Shown here piece by piece: positions 45,341-53,872 of a DNA stretch of 64,000 nucleotides. The stretch covers positions 110,948 to 174,947 of the forward strand of contig CBDDKY010000003.1 of the NCBI GenBank assembly GCA_965230455.1, in the 5' to 3' direction. This stretch comes from Gammaproteobacteria bacterium. Its GTDB lineage: Bacteria; Pseudomonadota; Gammaproteobacteria; CBDDKY01. Position numbers and translations under genes: made by a program. Each line of letters starts with the position of its first letter. The stretch's first letter is position 1. The notes beneath the pieces are model-generated. The model ran no database searches, was not told where the DNA came from, and saw nothing but the letters and a program-made list of their open reading frames with translations.

Positions 45341-47194
45341 CTACTTCTTCCTAATGTACCGCTTTAAAATAGACTCTATTTCTGAAGGCTGGGCTGGTTT
45401 ACTTAAAACATCTTGTATACCGGCTTCTGCCGCTTTCTTGCACATCTCTTCATCATCAGCATGACCAGAAAGTGTAATGATAGGAGTTTCTGCTTTTTGC
45501 TTATCAGGAAGCAGTCGGATATTTTTACTCAACTCAATGCCATTAATATCTGGCAAACCAATATCCATAAAAATGAGATTATACTCCTTGCTATTTATCA
45601 TAGTGATAGCGTGAGCCCCACTTTCAGCTATATCTACTTCACACTGAAAAGCTTCTAGCATTTTCTTCACAGCAAAAGCAGCTAATTGGCTATCTTCAAT
45701 GACGAGAATAGAAGCATACGTAGTGTGTTGAGTATTTGATATTTGGATATCTGGTAGTTTTCGTTTAGTTGTAATAGAGGTATGCTTGGCAGAGATGCTA
45801 TTATTTATAGGTATCTCAGAAGAACGAGACATAATAAAAGGTAACGTTACCGTGAAGCAACTTCCCTTGGATACTGTACTACTGATTTCAATAGACCCTT
45901 TCATTGCTGCAACATAACGTTTAACGGTATATAAGCCAAGCCCCGCTCCTTTGTACAAACCTTGATAAGCGGGTGTTAATCGAGAAAAATGTTCAAAAAT
46001 TGTATCAAATTTATCTGAAGGAATGCCTGGCCCCGTATCACTCACGCATATTTGTAACATAACTTTTTTACCGAGGCTTGGTATATTATCTTTAGAAGAT
46101 ATAGGTTGAACGAAAACCGCCACTTTTCCCTTTTCTGTGAACTTTAGCGCATTACTAATCAAATTTAATAATACACGATCTGTATAGATACGAAGCCCTT
46201 TTAGATAGCGTGGCACAGCTTCATCTATTTCATACGTAAATGCTATATCTTTATGCTGTGCTATTGGTTGTAGTAAATTAAAATTATGTTCAATCAATGT
46301 AAAAAAATCAAAAGTTTCGCTATTGCCTTCCTGGTAACCACTTTCTAACTTTACAACCTCCAAGACCTCATTACATAATTGTAAAAGCTCATCTGCAGCT
46401 CCTTTGAGGTATGAGCTATCATTTTGCACCGTTTCAAGAAATCTGCCAAGCGCTTGCTTTGTTTCCTTTAAGTCATGGCTTTCTAATACGACTTGAACGC
46501 TGTCCGCAGCATCTAGCATATCTTGAACCATACCCAAGATCCCCGTAATGGGTGTGCGAATATCATGGCTTATATTGGCTATAAATTCAGACTTTGTCTT
46601 GCTTACTTCAGCCTTAACTCTTAGCCTCTTCTCATGAGAGCTCTGCTTGTTTTTGGCGAAGAGTATCCCAAAAAACAAGACCGAAAAATAGGAAACCAAG
46701 ATACCTACTATTCCAATGCTCCCTGTATATTGAAAATCAAAACCAAACAGAAAGTAAGTGACCATGCCCAAAAAAATGCCTAGGGGCAATATGACTAACA
46801 AAGATGCAACATCGAGCAAGAGGATTAGTAATACAACAAGACACAGTGTGTTTAAGGCCCAGGCGTCAGAAATATGATTATGTAATATCAGAATGGTAAA
46901 TAAATAAGGTACAGAGTATAAAACAGTTGTATACCAATAAAGTGCTAAATACTTCCTAAATTGAGCTGGCCAGTATTTATTAAAAACCAAACCTAAACAA
47001 AGTAAAACAGCAATTAGTCTTAAATAAAAACTGTCATAGCTAGCAAGATCAGAAAACACCCAAATAAAATAATAAAGCGGATAAGTAATAGCGCCAAACA
47101 GGCCGAATATAGCATAGGGATAATCATATTTATCAGCATGCGCCCTTATCTTTTCATGGATAGCGCTCACAAAGGACATACTTGACTTTAACAT
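45341..47194 (-). CDS. Membrane hybrid sensor histidine kinase / response regulator
   Basis: About 6 N-terminal TMs. H-box ISHDIRTPITGILGM. HATPase N/G boxes LISNALKFTEKG and DTGPGIP. C-terminal receiver ILVIEDSQLAA..IFMDIGLPDINGIEL. Confidence 0.85.
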   Translation of the reverse strand: MLKSSMSFVSAIHEKIRAHADKYDYPYAIFGLFGAITYPLYYFIWVFSDLASYDSFYLRLIAVLLCLGLVFNKYWPAQFRKYLALYWYTTVLYSVPYLFTILILHNHISDAWALNTLCLVVLLILLLDVASLLVILPLGIFLGMVTYFLFGFDFQYTGSIGIVGILVSYFSVLFFGILFAKNKQSSHEKRLRVKAEVSKTKSEFIANISHDIRTPITGILGMVQDMLDAADSVQVVLESHDLKETKQALGRFLETVQNDSSYLKGAADELLQLCNEVLEVVKLESGYQEGNSETFDFFTLIEHNFNLLQPIAQHKDIAFTYEIDEAVPRYLKGLRIYTDRVLLNLISNALKFTEKGKVAVFVQPISSKDNIPSLGKKVMLQICVSDTGPGIPSDKFDTIFEHFSRLTPAYQGLYKGAGLGLYTVKRYVAAMKGSIEISSTVSKGSCFTVTLPFIMSRSSEIPINNSISAKHTSITTKRKLPDIQISNTQHTTYASILVIEDSQLAAFAVKKMLEAFQCEVDIAESGAHAITMINSKEYNLIFMDIGLPDINGIELSKNIRLLPDKQKAETPIITLSGHADDEEMCKKAAEAGIQDVLSKPAQPSEIESILKRYIRKK

Positions 47195-48053
47195 TAACCC
47201 ATCCGTTGTATTTAGTTCACTTCTTGCTCTACAAACTCTGAAATCTTATCACGGCTGGCTTGTGCATGACCATCTTTGAGATAAAACCCAATAATCAGCA
47301 TAAGCGCTTTTTTAAAGTGTACGCTACAGTGCTCATGAAAGTCATGGACTAATATTTCGTTAGTAAACTGTAAGTTGCACATATAAACAAGCTCATCCAA
47401 ATCAGCAATGAAACCGCCAAACGCCTGAACCACATCAGCCTTATCAAGACCTGCACTTAAAACGATATGAAGCTGGCCATTAGGCTTTAATGCGCGTTAG
47501 ATATAATTCATAAGCTGGGCTTATTATCTGCGGAGTATCAGAAAAACAGCTATCACTGCTTTCTGCATAAAGTAGTTTTCCCCGTTCAATGTTTTTAGTA
47601 CATAGGCGATTATAATTTATGGCCCCAAATTCTGAAAATACAGCACAACCCATTGTTTTTGCAACCTTAACCTGGCTTTGGTGAGAACGAGAGTATCACA
47701 CCTCTTTCATTTGTCAATATTCCCCATGCCACTGAAGGTCTTTCCATAGTGCTGCAATAAACAGCGCATGCCGCACTCGTACCACATCATCCGGCACCGA
47801 ACGATGCGCTGATAATTTAGCCCACACGCCCAAGTGCCGCTCAAATACCACCACGGTCTCACGTGCACCAAGAACCCCCTAATTCTATTATTTCACAAGC
47901 GGTTCCCACTCAGACAAGATAAATCTGAGCTAACGACGCCATTAATTTCAGGGCATAAAGCTCCTCCCAGAGAAAACCCGGTTACTATTTGGTCAAGTTT
48001 TCGTAGTGAAATGAAACGTTTTATGAGAACTGAAAAAAGACAAGACATCAATC

Positions 48054-48360
48054 CTATCCACTATCAATAGGCAACCTAAAATCAGGCGGCGTGGCAAGCG
48101 CAGAAAAAAACGCTTCCCAAGAATCAATGAAAAATGTCATAAACCAATTACGCATATGTTCCCACAACCGAATTCGCTTTTTACATTTTTTTAGTGCGGC
48201 TTGAAATTGCGGGCAACAAAGTTGTTGGATTTGATCTATTAAAAACGCAAGCATCATAAGATAACTCATGATAGTACTTAAGTTTTTATAACCACGCCCA
48301 TAGTTGTGCTCAAAGTTATAACCTTGGGTTTTCAGTGTGTTGAACGTTTCATGGTGAGTA
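48054..48360 (-). pseudogene. IS4-family transposase C-terminal fragment
   Basis: TFNTLKTQGYNFEHNYGRGYKNLSTIMSYLMMLAFLIDQIQQL resembles the IS4-type C-terminus (..FEHNFGHGK..L.). The upstream part of the track ORF is antisense read-through of the hcp fragment. Confidence 0.5.
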
Positions 48361-48365
48361 AGCCG

Positions 48366-48426
48366 TCCGTTGAGGATATGTTGACCCGTTATATCGATTC
48401 TGTTGCACCCGGACATTGTAATGATA
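48366..48426 (+). repeat. Orphan 61-bp internal fragment of the hcp gene (duplicate of 48869..48928)
   Basis: ccgttgaggatatgttgacccgttatatcgattctgttgcacccggacattgtaatgata versus the hcp segment ccgttgagggtatgttgacc..gtaatgata. Flanks are unrelated. Confidence 0.8.
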
Positions 48427-48428
48427 AA

Positions 48429-48681
48429 GTCTTGGGCCAACTTGCTGCAAAGTGCTGAAATCAAGAACTTTCGTTGGCATGATATGCGACATGATTTTGC
48501 CAGCAATCTAATTATGAAAGGCATTGACCTCTATACGGTCTCAAAGCTGCTGGGTCATGCCAGCATTAAAACTACTGAGCGCTATGCACATTTAGCTGAA
48601 GGCCATGTCGCTAATGCTGTTGAAATCTTGTCTGAAGATTACGCAACAGTTTACCGAAAGACAGTAAAGTTGGCGCCATAA
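48429..48681 (+). pseudogene. Tyrosine recombinase (phage-type integrase) C-terminal catalytic fragment
   Basis: WHDMRHDFASNLIMKGIDLYTVSKLLGHASIKTTERYAHL carries the H-x-x-R box and catalytic Y of Int-family recombinases. The N-terminal ~300 aa are missing. Confidence 0.65.
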
Positions 48682-48789
48682 CTTGTTTACAACGCCAGTA
48701 AACCATCTTCATACAAAAACACTTGCTTTTAATTTTTTTTGCCCGTATCCTTGTCACAGTTTTAGCTTACCGTATAGAGGAATGTATCC

Positions 48790-49272
48790 ATGAGTATTTA
48801 TATGACCATTGCAGACGTCACTGGCAGCGTTAGTCGAACAGGCCACGAAGGCGCTATTCAACTGGAATCCGTTGAGGGTATGTTGACCCGTTATATCGAT
48901 TCTGTTGCACCCGGACATTGTAATGATAGGGATTTATCACTGCCCATTCACAGTGAAATAACCATCACCAAATCACCCGATAGCTCCTTCATCCCCTTGT
49001 ATAAAGCTGCTCACGATGGCCACGTCTATCCCCTGGTTAAGATTGACTTTACTCGCACCGGTAAACAACAAGCAGAAAGCTACATGACCTATGAATTGAG
49101 TAATGTCCTTATCGGTGGTTATCGCATACTGACAGAAGGCGCTCATCCGCTTGAAGTCATCCAGCTCAATTATACCCAAATAGAAAAACGCTTCATCAGC
49201 TCCAATGCCAATCACAGTGTAGGCACACCAAGCTCCATGCTCTATAACCTAGAAACTGGCGTGGCAAGCTAA
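48790..49272 (+). CDS. hcp: Hcp-family protein (T6SS tube-protein fold)
   Basis: 160 aa. Collinear with Hcp1 as recalled: MSIYMTIADVTGSV ~ MAVDMFIKIGDVKGES. ITITKSPDSSFIPLYKAAHDGHVYPLVKIDFTR ~ LSFTKYIDKSTPNLMMACSSGKHYPQAKLTIRK. YMTYELSNVLIGGYRI ~ EYLIITLKEVLVSSVS. EVIQLNYTQIEKRF ~ ENVTLNFAQVQVDY. Confidence 0.6.
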   Translation: MSIYMTIADVTGSVSRTGHEGAIQLESVEGMLTRYIDSVAPGHCNDRDLSLPIHSEITITKSPDSSFIPLYKAAHDGHVYPLVKIDFTRTGKQQAESYMTYELSNVLIGGYRILTEGAHPLEVIQLNYTQIEKRFISSNANHSVGTPSSMLYNLETGVAS

Positions 49273-49320
49273 ACCCTCTTCAATAACTGACGGGCACACC
49301 AAGCGCCAAGCGAGACGAGT

Positions 49321-50448
49321 ATGTTACATTTAACGGATGAAAAAGATGATTTAGAATCCGTGTGTCGGTATCGTTACCAGACACACGCCCACCGGGAATT
49401 GCGGGATTACATGGGACGTGTGCTGGATGCCAATCCCGATAAACGCGCTTTTGTGGGAGGCAGCCGCCCTAGTGCTCATCAAGGCTATATTCCGCTCACG
49501 CCCAATACCTTTATTTGGTTACCGAACAAGGATGTGGACAGCGTCGACCCCTTTGTGGCCCAAGACTACCAAACTGCCTGTATCCATATGAATTATTCAT
49601 CGCCCATGAAACGCTTTAAATTTAGGCGCTTACTCAAAAATACCCGGATTGATTTAGCCTTAGCCGCAAGCCAGGCGCGGGTGCATATTGAACAAGCATC
49701 CCTCTATTTGCATCATGCCGCTAACAAAGCAGTCAATGATTTGCATCATGCCGCTAACAAAGCGGTCAATGAGCTGAAAGCCTATGAAACAGAAGAGAAA
49801 GCCTCTGTTTGGAGCTCTGTCGACCACAGTCTTGAGCACATCGGTAAAGAAGCCCGTGAGCTCCATGAGGCTATTAGCGAATTTACTAAAGGCTTGTTTG
49901 AGTTTTCAGCCTACCTTGATAGCGCAACAGAGGCAGAGCTTAAAGAGCATATCAGTGCTTCTTATGCCCGAATGATTAGAAAATATACCGCATCCATGCG
50001 CGTCGCTGGCCGCTATGCCAAAGCTAGCACCCGTCTTATCATCAGTCGCAACCTTTTTCATGCCTATGACTCTGTGAATGAAGGCCCTTTTTGGGAAACC
50101 TCCCCTTTCTCGCTGGATCATTTAACCAAAATTATGCGCTATACCAAAAGCATCACCCGCGGTATGCTGGTTGTTGAATTGGCCAGTGATTTTTATGAGG
50201 TTTATAAAACTTATGAGGAGCACGGTGATTGGGGCAAGAAGCTTATTGACATCGGCGCGGAAATAGTCGGGGGAATAGCATTTACTGGGCTTGCTGCGTT
50301 GCTACTACCAGAGACCCTGGTGGGTGCTGTGATTGCCGGGGCAATTGGTGGGGTTGCTGGTGTTAAAGCCGGTAAATTTACTGATAGAATAGATTTCAAG
50401 CAGATTTTGGCCACTCATGTACAGGAAAGCCACCCATGGATACGTTAA
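49321..50448 (+). CDS. Candidate polymorphic toxin/effector: helical N-terminal region plus glycine-zipper membrane C-terminal tip
   Basis: 375 aa, no known domain. Contains a 33-nt in-frame tandem duplication (LHHAANKAVND/E x2). C-terminal ~75 aa after the EEHGDWGKK junction (IDIGAEIVGGIAFTGLAALLLPETLVGAVIAGAIGGVAGV) is duplicated twice downstream as start-less fragments. Its stop overlaps the start of the immunity-like gene. Confidence 0.5.
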   Translation: MLHLTDEKDDLESVCRYRYQTHAHRELRDYMGRVLDANPDKRAFVGGSRPSAHQGYIPLTPNTFIWLPNKDVDSVDPFVAQDYQTACIHMNYSSPMKRFKFRRLLKNTRIDLALAASQARVHIEQASLYLHHAANKAVNDLHHAANKAVNELKAYETEEKASVWSSVDHSLEHIGKEARELHEAISEFTKGLFEFSAYLDSATEAELKEHISASYARMIRKYTASMRVAGRYAKASTRLIISRNLFHAYDSVNEGPFWETSPFSLDHLTKIMRYTKSITRGMLVVELASDFYEVYKTYEEHGDWGKKLIDIGAEIVGGIAFTGLAALLLPETLVGAVIAGAIGGVAGVKAGKFTDRIDFKQILATHVQESHPWIR

Positions 50449-50840
50449 TTGAATTGACCAATTGGCTACAATTCCTCACCTTACCACTACTCGGCATTAC
50501 TGCCATTCTGATGCCTTATATCTTTTTTTCAGTGAGACGGCGCTTCGACCCATTATTTGGCAATGTGAGTGGTTCGAAGGGGGAAATGTTCCATCCCATG
50601 CAAAGAGCCATGGGTTACTCTCTTTGCTTGGCGGCCCCCTGGTGGGCTATTAGAAATAAATACATGGTTAAGCTGTATCAAGGCTATGATTTCAGAGCCG
50701 ATAGCACGAAATTTCAGATCACCCTGGCGTGGATATTCTCCTACTCTACCTTTCTTTCCTTTGTTTTTTTATTCACTTCGATAGGCATTCGCTACTGTCT
50801 AGGCCTGCCAACCGAGGGAATGATAAGCCCATCCCACTGA
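50436..50840 (+). CDS. Putative immunity protein 1 (134-aa membrane protein)
   Basis: ATG overlaps the toxin stop (ccATGgatacgtTAA). 3 predicted TMs. First of three 85-90 percent identical paralogs. Confidence 0.5.
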   Translation: MDTLIELTNWLQFLTLPLLGITAILMPYIFFSVRRRFDPLFGNVSGSKGEMFHPMQRAMGYSLCLAAPWWAIRNKYMVKLYQGYDFRADSTKFQITLAWIFSYSTFLSFVFLFTSIGIRYCLGLPTEGMISPSH

Positions 50841-51072
50841 AGAGCACGGTGATTGGGGTAAGAAGCTCATTGACATCGGCGCGGAAATAGCCGGGGGAAT
50901 AGTTGCAACTGGGCTTGCTGCGTTGCTACTGCCAGAGACCCTGGTGGGCGCCGTGATTGCCGGGGCAATTGGTGGGGTTGGTGGTGTTGAACTCAGTAAA
51001 CAGGTTGATAAAATAGATTTCAAGCAGATTTTGGCCACTCATGTACAGGAAAGCCACCCATGGATACGCTAA
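50839..51072 (+). pseudogene. Orphan toxin C-terminal fragment 1 (no start codon)
   Basis: Frame opens after tga taa and encodes ..TEEHGDWGKKLIDIGAEIAGGIVATGLAALLLPETLVGAVIAGAIGGVGGVELSKQVDKIDFKQILATHVQESHPWIR, homologous to toxin residues ~299-375. Confidence 0.7.
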
Positions 51073-51464
51073 TTGAATTAACTAATTGGTTATTATTCCT
51101 TGTCTTCCTACTATTCGGCATTACTGTCATCCTGATGCCTTATATCTTTTTTTCAATGAGACGGCGCTTCGACCCTTTATTTGGTAATGTGAGTGGCGCA
51201 AAGGGGGAAATGTTTCATCCCATGCAAAGAGCCATGGGTTATGCCCTTTGTTTAGCCGCCCCCTGGTGGGCCGCTAGAAATAAATACATACTCAAACTAT
51301 ATCAAGGCTATGATTTCAGGGCCAATAGTACGAAACTTCAGATCACCCTGGCGTGGATATTCTCCTACTCTACCTTTCTTTCCTTTGTTTTTTTATTCAC
51401 TTCGATAGGCATTCGCTACTGTCTAGGCCTGCCAACCGAGGGAATGATAAGCCCATCCCACTGA
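51060..51464 (+). CDS. Putative immunity protein 2
   Basis: Paralog of 50436..50840. Start overlaps the orphan fragment stop in the same coupled arrangement. Confidence 0.5.
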   Translation: MDTLIELTNWLLFLVFLLFGITVILMPYIFFSMRRRFDPLFGNVSGAKGEMFHPMQRAMGYALCLAAPWWAARNKYILKLYQGYDFRANSTKLQITLAWIFSYSTFLSFVFLFTSIGIRYCLGLPTEGMISPSH

Positions 51465-51696
51465 AGAGCACGGTGATTGGGGTAAGAAGCTCATTGACAT
51501 CGGTGCGGAAATAGCCGGGGGAATAGTTGCAACTGGGATTGCTGCGTTTCTACTGCCAGAAACCCTGGTGGGCGCTGTGATTGCCGGGGCAATTGGTGGG
51601 GTTGCTGGTGTTAAAGCCGGTAAATTTACTGATAGAATAGATTTTAAGCAGATTTTAGCCACTCATGTACAGGAAAGCCACCCATGGATACGTTAA
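51463..51696 (+). pseudogene. Orphan toxin C-terminal fragment 2 (no start codon)
   Basis: ..EEHGDWGKKLIDIGAEIAGGIVATGIAAFLLPETLVGAVIAGAIGGVAGVKAGKFTDRIDFKQILATHVQESHPWIR. Closer to the full-length toxin tip than fragment 1 is. Confidence 0.7.
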
Positions 51697-52088
51697 TTGA
51701 ATTGACCAATTGGCTACAATTCCTCACCTTACCACTACTCGGCATTGCTGTCATCCTGATGCCTTATATCTTTTTTTCAGTGAGACGGCGCTTCGACCCA
51801 TTATTTGGCAATGTAAGTGGATCGATGAATGAAATGTTTCATCCCATGCAAAGAGCCATGGGCTATGCCTTTTGTTTGGCGGCCCCCTGGTGGGCCGTTA
51901 GACATAAATACACCTTTAAGCTCTATAAAGGCTATGATTTCAGGGCTAATAGTACGAAACTTCAGATCACTTTGGCGTGGATATTTTCCTACTCTGCCTT
52001 TCTTTTTACTGTTTTTTTATTCACTTCGATAGGTATTCGCTACTGTCTAGGCCTGCCAACCGAGGGAATGATAAACCCATCCCACTAA
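51684..52088 (+). CDS. Putative immunity protein 3
   Basis: Third paralog; the most divergent (AVRHKYTFKLYKGYDF..). Confidence 0.5.
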   Translation: MDTLIELTNWLQFLTLPLLGIAVILMPYIFFSVRRRFDPLFGNVSGSMNEMFHPMQRAMGYAFCLAAPWWAVRHKYTFKLYKGYDFRANSTKLQITLAWIFSYSAFLFTVFLFTSIGIRYCLGLPTEGMINPSH

Positions 52089-52214
52089 TCAATATCACTC
52101 AATAAAACTACAAAGCCGCAGCATTATACTGCGGCCTGGGTGTTATAGTTCTTCATCTGATTTAAAAGGATCTTGAGGCATAATTTTATGTCTTGCAAGC
52201 CATTCATCTAAATC

Positions 52215-52505
52215 AGCTTTAACCTAAAATCAGCAGTAAATCGCGCTTTTTTGGTGTAACAGATTGATTTAGATAAGGAAACTAAAAAGAGAAATAAGCA
52301 ATGACTGCGACAGACATCCTGTCGCAAGGCTCTTGTTCTTATCACTCCCAGCTCGGACATCCTGTCCTCGCGCTCACCAGACTGCGATGTGCCACTGGCA
52401 CATCGTTCTGGTTCACCCTTATTGGTAATGGAGACTTTTTTTGTTTTCTTAGATGAATCAAGATGTTATCGCCAAAAACGTGATTTAACTGCTGATTTTA
52501 GGTTT
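52215..52505. repeat. MITE family B copy split by a ~130-bp internal insertion
   Basis: Left half aacctaaaatcagcagtaaatcgcgcttttttggtgtaacagattgatttagataaggaaactaaaaa (52225-52290). Right half ccttattggtaatggagactttttttgttttcttagatgaatcaagatgttatcgccaaaaacgtgatttaactgctgattttagg (52419-52505). Confidence 0.6.
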
Positions 52506-52640
52506 AAAGTACATATGACGATTACTGATCCTCACATAGGGCACACTAATTCCTTTTCCACGCAAAACTCCATCTTTACGACACTGTACTAAAAAGCTAC
52601 GACTCATATTAAGATACTCTGCTGCTTTTTGTTCCGTTAG
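52506..52640 (-). pseudogene. AlpA-like (prophage excisionase/regulator type) HTH remnant without a proper start
   Basis: Minus frame ..IDSPLLTEQKAAEYLNMSRSFLVQCRKDGVLRGKGISVPYVRISNRHMYFKP resembles AlpA-family HTH proteins. The only in-frame ATG leaves 40 aa. Confidence 0.3.
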
Positions 52641-52764
52641 CAGCGGACTATCTATTTTTTTCTCTCATAATTTTTCTCCAATGAGATATAGCACTTTTAC
52701 AACCCAGCAACTGAGTCCACTGCGCGTAGCCACATAAAACCATGATACCTTGCTTTGCAGCACT

Positions 52765-52899
52765 TTACATAGCACCTTTTTCTTTATTCAATGCTGAACA
52801 AATCGCATGGATGCTGGTTTGGTAAAAGCCACGCTCTAAAAATAAATCAGTCGCAACGGTTAAAATACGGGTTTTCATTAATGCGGCATAAGCTGTCAT
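52765..52899 (-). pseudogene. TetR-family regulator N-terminal (HTH) fragment
   Basis: MTAYAALMKTRILTVATDLFLERGFYQTSIHAICSALNKEKGAM followed by a stop. Typical TetR N-terminus without a ligand-binding domain. Confidence 0.4.
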
Positions 52900-53039
52900 T
52901 ACGGTGTCTCCTTGTTAAATGATAATTAAATGACGTGAACGTCTATCACGCTCTCTATGGCTTCTTCCGTAAAGATACTGTTCTGCCTGCCCGCAGTAAC
53001 AGCTTGATACACCTTGTCGCATTTAATGTTAAAAGCCAA

Positions 53040-53231
53040 TCAATGAACTAATTTAAGCTCAACGTAACACGTTAATAACTTACAAAATATAGGATGGCTT
53101 ATATCACGCCCTTTCCAAATAGCGTATAACGTACTCGGTGACACTTGTAGCGTTCTTGCCAGTTCTTTTTTAGACTGTTGCGATAAACGATGAATTTCAT
53201 TAAGCAGCTTAATCTCTATATTATGCGGCAT
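53040..53231 (-). CDS. Small HTH (XRE/Cro-like) protein
   Basis: 63 aa. LSQQSKKELARTLQVSPSTLYAIWKG resembles an HTH_XRE helix. Overlaps the TetR gene start by 11 nt. Confidence 0.35.
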   Translation of the reverse strand: MPHNIEIKLLNEIHRLSQQSKKELARTLQVSPSTLYAIWKGRDISHPIFCKLLTCYVELKLVH

Positions 53232-53835
53232 GACAGACTCCTTTAAGATGATAGTCTAATAATGCCGCCTTACTCCAGATGGCTTGCTTATCTAATAGAG
53301 AAGACCAAAATGGGAAGCCCAAACAATAAGTCAAGATAATATGCGACATGCCTTCCGCATGCGATTTGCCTAAAGCGCCAGCTAGCATAGACGATAATCC
53401 CTGCTGCCAATAACGTGCATAACGCTGTATTACGTTTGCTAAGCGCCCTTCCCCTTGTGAAAATTCAATAAATAGTCGCGGTAATAAAGAAGCGTAAACA
53501 TCATTCTCTTGGAATTTTAAAAAACCATAAAGCCTGTCTAACACCGCTGCTTTATTTATACAAGTACAGTCTTTAAGCTGCGCACAGTAGGCCGCGTACA
53601 AATGGCGATGCACCTGCTTTAAAACAGAGCGAATAATCGCCTCCTTAGAAGAGAAATGGCAATATACTGTCGCCTTGCTAATTCCACATGCTTGAGCAAT
53701 ATCGGCAATGGATGTTTGCTGATAACCTTTTGCGGCAAATAACTCACTACTCTTATTAAGGATAAGTTGCATGCCTTTAGTGCGGTCACTCTTCTGCACG
53801 TTCTGTTTTATTACTACTTCAGCTGTTTGTAACAT
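53221..53835 (-). CDS. TetR/AcrR family transcriptional regulator
   Basis: 204 aa. N-terminal HTH LFAAKGYQQTSIADIAQACGISKATVYCHFSSKEAI. Confidence 0.8.
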   Translation of the reverse strand: MLQTAEVVIKQNVQKSDRTKGMQLILNKSSELFAAKGYQQTSIADIAQACGISKATVYCHFSSKEAIIRSVLKQVHRHLYAAYCAQLKDCTCINKAAVLDRLYGFLKFQENDVYASLLPRLFIEFSQGEGRLANVIQRYARYWQQGLSSMLAGALGKSHAEGMSHIILTYCLGFPFWSSLLDKQAIWSKAALLDYHLKGVCHAA

Positions 53836-53872
53836 AATTGTAATCCTTTAGTTTTGAGTTTTATAAAAATAT

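Noticed and set aside
47212-47830. 73-aa ORF plus neighbouring short frames with fragmentary similarity to enzymes
   Set aside because: Reading frames are broken by stops every 40-80 codons in all frames. Treated as decayed pseudogene debris rather than genes.
48790-50448. Calling the cassette a bona fide T6SS effector locus
   Set aside because: No T6SS structural genes are in this window. Hcp-fold proteins also occur outside T6SS contexts. Kept as a hypothesis in findings, not as a feature call.
50211-51662. Antisense ORFs MAKICLKSILS... (50211..50414, 50799..51038, 51423..51662) inside the toxin-tip repeats
   Set aside because: They are the complementary-strand reading of the Gly/Ala-rich toxin tip, which gives Pro/Ala-rich antisense frames. 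They are present in every repeat unit for that reason only.
52389-52592. 67-aa ORF
   Set aside because: Spans the right half of a MITE B copy and noncoding sequence. 55125..55517 likewise starts inside the IS630-derived MITE and has no homolog signal.
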